DNA from: an uncultured delta proteobacterium
Lineage (GTDB): Bacteria > Desulfobacterota > Binatia > UBA9968
DNA: 64,000 nt
Direction of reading: 5' to 3'
Assembly (NCBI GenBank): GCA_963737905.1
Contig: CAVTUQ010000029.1
Location: 32,001 to 96,000 of the forward strand
The notes under the pieces are model-generated. The model was given only the letters and a program-made list of their open reading frames with translations. It searched no databases and was not told the DNA's origin. The translations under genes were made by a program, and so were the position numbers. Positions 62,414 through 64,000 of the stretch are shown here, one piece after another. Positions within the stretch are counted from its first letter, which is position 1. Each line of letters begins with the position of its first letter.

Positions 62414-62462
62414 TACTTTTTCACAGAAAACCCGGAACAACCTTTTTACTAAGGAGGATCCT

Positions 62463-63455
62463 ATGAAGGCAATGATTTTGGCAATGAGCCTGGTTACCTC
62501 GATTTCTTTTTGCACCGCCGTCTCGGCTCAGCTCACTAAAGTGATCATCGGCAACAACACGCTCAGCACCAACGGTCTTCCCGCGTGGATGGCCAAGGAA
62601 GCCGGGATATTTCGCAATAACGGCCTCGATGTCCAGATCGTCTATTTCCGAGGAGGAACTATTACGGCCATGGCTTTGATCGCCCGCGAGACTCCGATCA
62701 GCCAGGTTTCCGGGCCGCCGATCGTGAGCGCTGCTCTCAAGGGAGCCGACGCGGTCATGGTTGCAGCCGGCAACGTGGTCTCAGAGTATTGGCTCATGAG
62801 CAAGCCCGAGCTCAAGACCGGCGCGCAGCTCAAGGGAGGCTCGGTTGCCATCGCTACCTTCGGTGGCTTGTCCGATTCTCTCTCTCGGGTTGCGCTTCAG
62901 AAGCTTGGATTGAATCCTGTGAAGGATGTCACCCTCGTGCAGATCGGAACGATCCCGGAGCGCTTGAGCGCGTTAGAGTCGGGAAAGGTTCAGGCCGCGA
63001 TGCTCAACGCACCCGACAACTTCCGGGCCCAGAAAAGAGGGCTGTATAAATTAATTGAGGTGCGCCTTCCTTACCAGGGCATCGGGGTGGGAACGACGCG
63101 CACATTCATCAGGGAAAATCCCGACGTTGTCCGGCGCTATGTCAAATCTCAGGTCGAAGCCGTTCACCGCCTCAAGACCGACCGGGAAGGAGGAATCAAG
63201 GTATTGGGGAAATATCTCAACATACCGGACCGAGAGGTCCTGGAAAGAGCCTACGATGACGCAATTACTGATGAGAAATTTCCCCCAAAACAGTACCCGA
63301 GCCTGGAGGGAATCAAAAAGATTCTCGAACCGCTGGCGGAGACGGACCCAAAAGCAAAAGCCGCGAAACCCGAGGACTTTGTCGATATGCGCTTCATTAA
63401 GGAACTGGACGACAGCGGTTTCATCGACGAGCTTTACAAGGGCAGGAAACGTTAG
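62463..63455 (+). CDS. NMT1/SsuA-like SBP
   Basis: AAGGAGG RBS; WMAKEAGIFRNNGLDV and AKPEDFVDMRFIKELDDSGFI. Confidence 0.9.
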   Translation: MKAMILAMSLVTSISFCTAVSAQLTKVIIGNNTLSTNGLPAWMAKEAGIFRNNGLDVQIVYFRGGTITAMALIARETPISQVSGPPIVSAALKGADAVMVAAGNVVSEYWLMSKPELKTGAQLKGGSVAIATFGGLSDSLSRVALQKLGLNPVKDVTLVQIGTIPERLSALESGKVQAAMLNAPDNFRAQKRGLYKLIEVRLPYQGIGVGTTRTFIRENPDVVRRYVKSQVEAVHRLKTDREGGIKVLGKYLNIPDREVLERAYDDAITDEKFPPKQYPSLEGIKKILEPLAETDPKAKAAKPEDFVDMRFIKELDDSGFIDELYKGRKR

Positions 63456-63521
63456 TGAACCGGCGTCCAGCGGTCGCGAGATGCCAAGCGCTCGGTTTGG
63501 GCGGCCAGGGTGACCAGTTAA

Positions 63522-63690
63522 CCCTGTTCCGACATTGATTCGACCATTACGATGATTCTTCCCCTCTGCAACCGAGTGAAGATCTGGCCTTGTCGATGTT
63601 TCACCAGGGGTGAGGTTTTGATAGCATCGCATTAGCGAACGTTTGGCTATAGTCATTCCAAATTTACGGGTTTTTATTGTCGGAACAGGG
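63522..63690. mobile_element. MITE with CCCTGTTCCGACA terminal inverted repeats and TTAA flanks
   Basis: TTAA-CCCTGTTCCGACA ... TGTCGGAACAGGG-TTAA; 169 bp, no transposase. Confidence 0.8.
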
Positions 63691-63740
63691 TTAACAGTAA
63701 GCAGAGAGCAGTGAGCAGTAAAAACAAGAGGAGCCAAACA

Positions 63741-64000
63741 ATGATGAGAAAGTTTAATGTCCGCTTACTGCTTACTGTCTTCCTGCTTACTGTTTCTTTC
63801 GCCGAGGCGCAGCAGCCAACGAAAATCCCGCGGATAGGTTATGTCGCCACTACTGCTCCCGATACACCTAACAACTTGGCATTCCGACGAGGACTGCGAG
63901 ACCTCGGTTATATTGAAGGGAAAAACATCCTGGTTGAGGATCGCTACGCCGCGGGAAAAGCGGACCGCATCCCTAACCTTGTGGCGGAACTGGTGCAAAT
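63741..64000 (+). CDS. Array copy 11: ABC_sub_bind SBP, runs off the window end
   Basis: GAGGAG RBS; MMRKFNVRLLLTVFLLTVSFAEAQQPTKIPRIGY. Confidence 0.88.
   Translation, partial: MMRKFNVRLLLTVFLLTVSFAEAQQPTKIPRIGYVATTAPDTPNNLAFRRGLRDLGYIEGKNILVEDRYAAGKADRIPNLVAELVQ

Noticed and set aside
271-63998. Many antisense and overlapping ORFs in the track, including recurrent '[18 protein letters not shown]' peptides
   Set aside because: They are shadow frames of real genes in GC-rich DNA; the recurrence simply mirrors the conserved SBP tail.
51678-64000. Diversity-generating retroelement
   Set aside because: No reverse transcriptase, and differences between paralogues are not adenine-specific.

Overview
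A GC-rich bacterial window. Its gene content suggests a soil Candidatus Binatia/deltaproteobacterial-type genome (inference only), and clustered indels suggest a long-read assembly. Recognisable genes include a selenocysteine formate dehydrogenase (in-frame UGA plus SECIS hairpin), a hybrid histidine kinase, an ATP-dependent DNA ligase, an aromatic-catabolism cluster (Rieske oxygenase, family III CoA transferase, PhtD-like protein), selA-selB-selD (SelD itself has an in-frame UGA) and hydantoinase/oxoprolinase A/B. About 27 solute-binding-protein (SBP) genes or remnants are present with no permease or ATPase gene. The most unusual structure is a set of about 15 ABC_sub_bind-type SBP paralogues, 11 of them in tandem at 51.7-64 kb, that look like shuffled cassettes. 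They share a conserved 3' tail, orphan tails recur as apparent 'empty sites', leader and body modules are reassorted, and inverted heptamer repeats straddle the RBS and encode part of the leader peptide. Toxin-antitoxin-like pairs sit in reverse orientation between copies. Several families of short-tandem-repeat palindromes, a nested REP-like insert, a TTAA-flanked MITE and a candidate sRNA/attenuator are also visible. No integrase, transposase, reverse transcriptase, CRISPR array, rRNA or tRNA was found.
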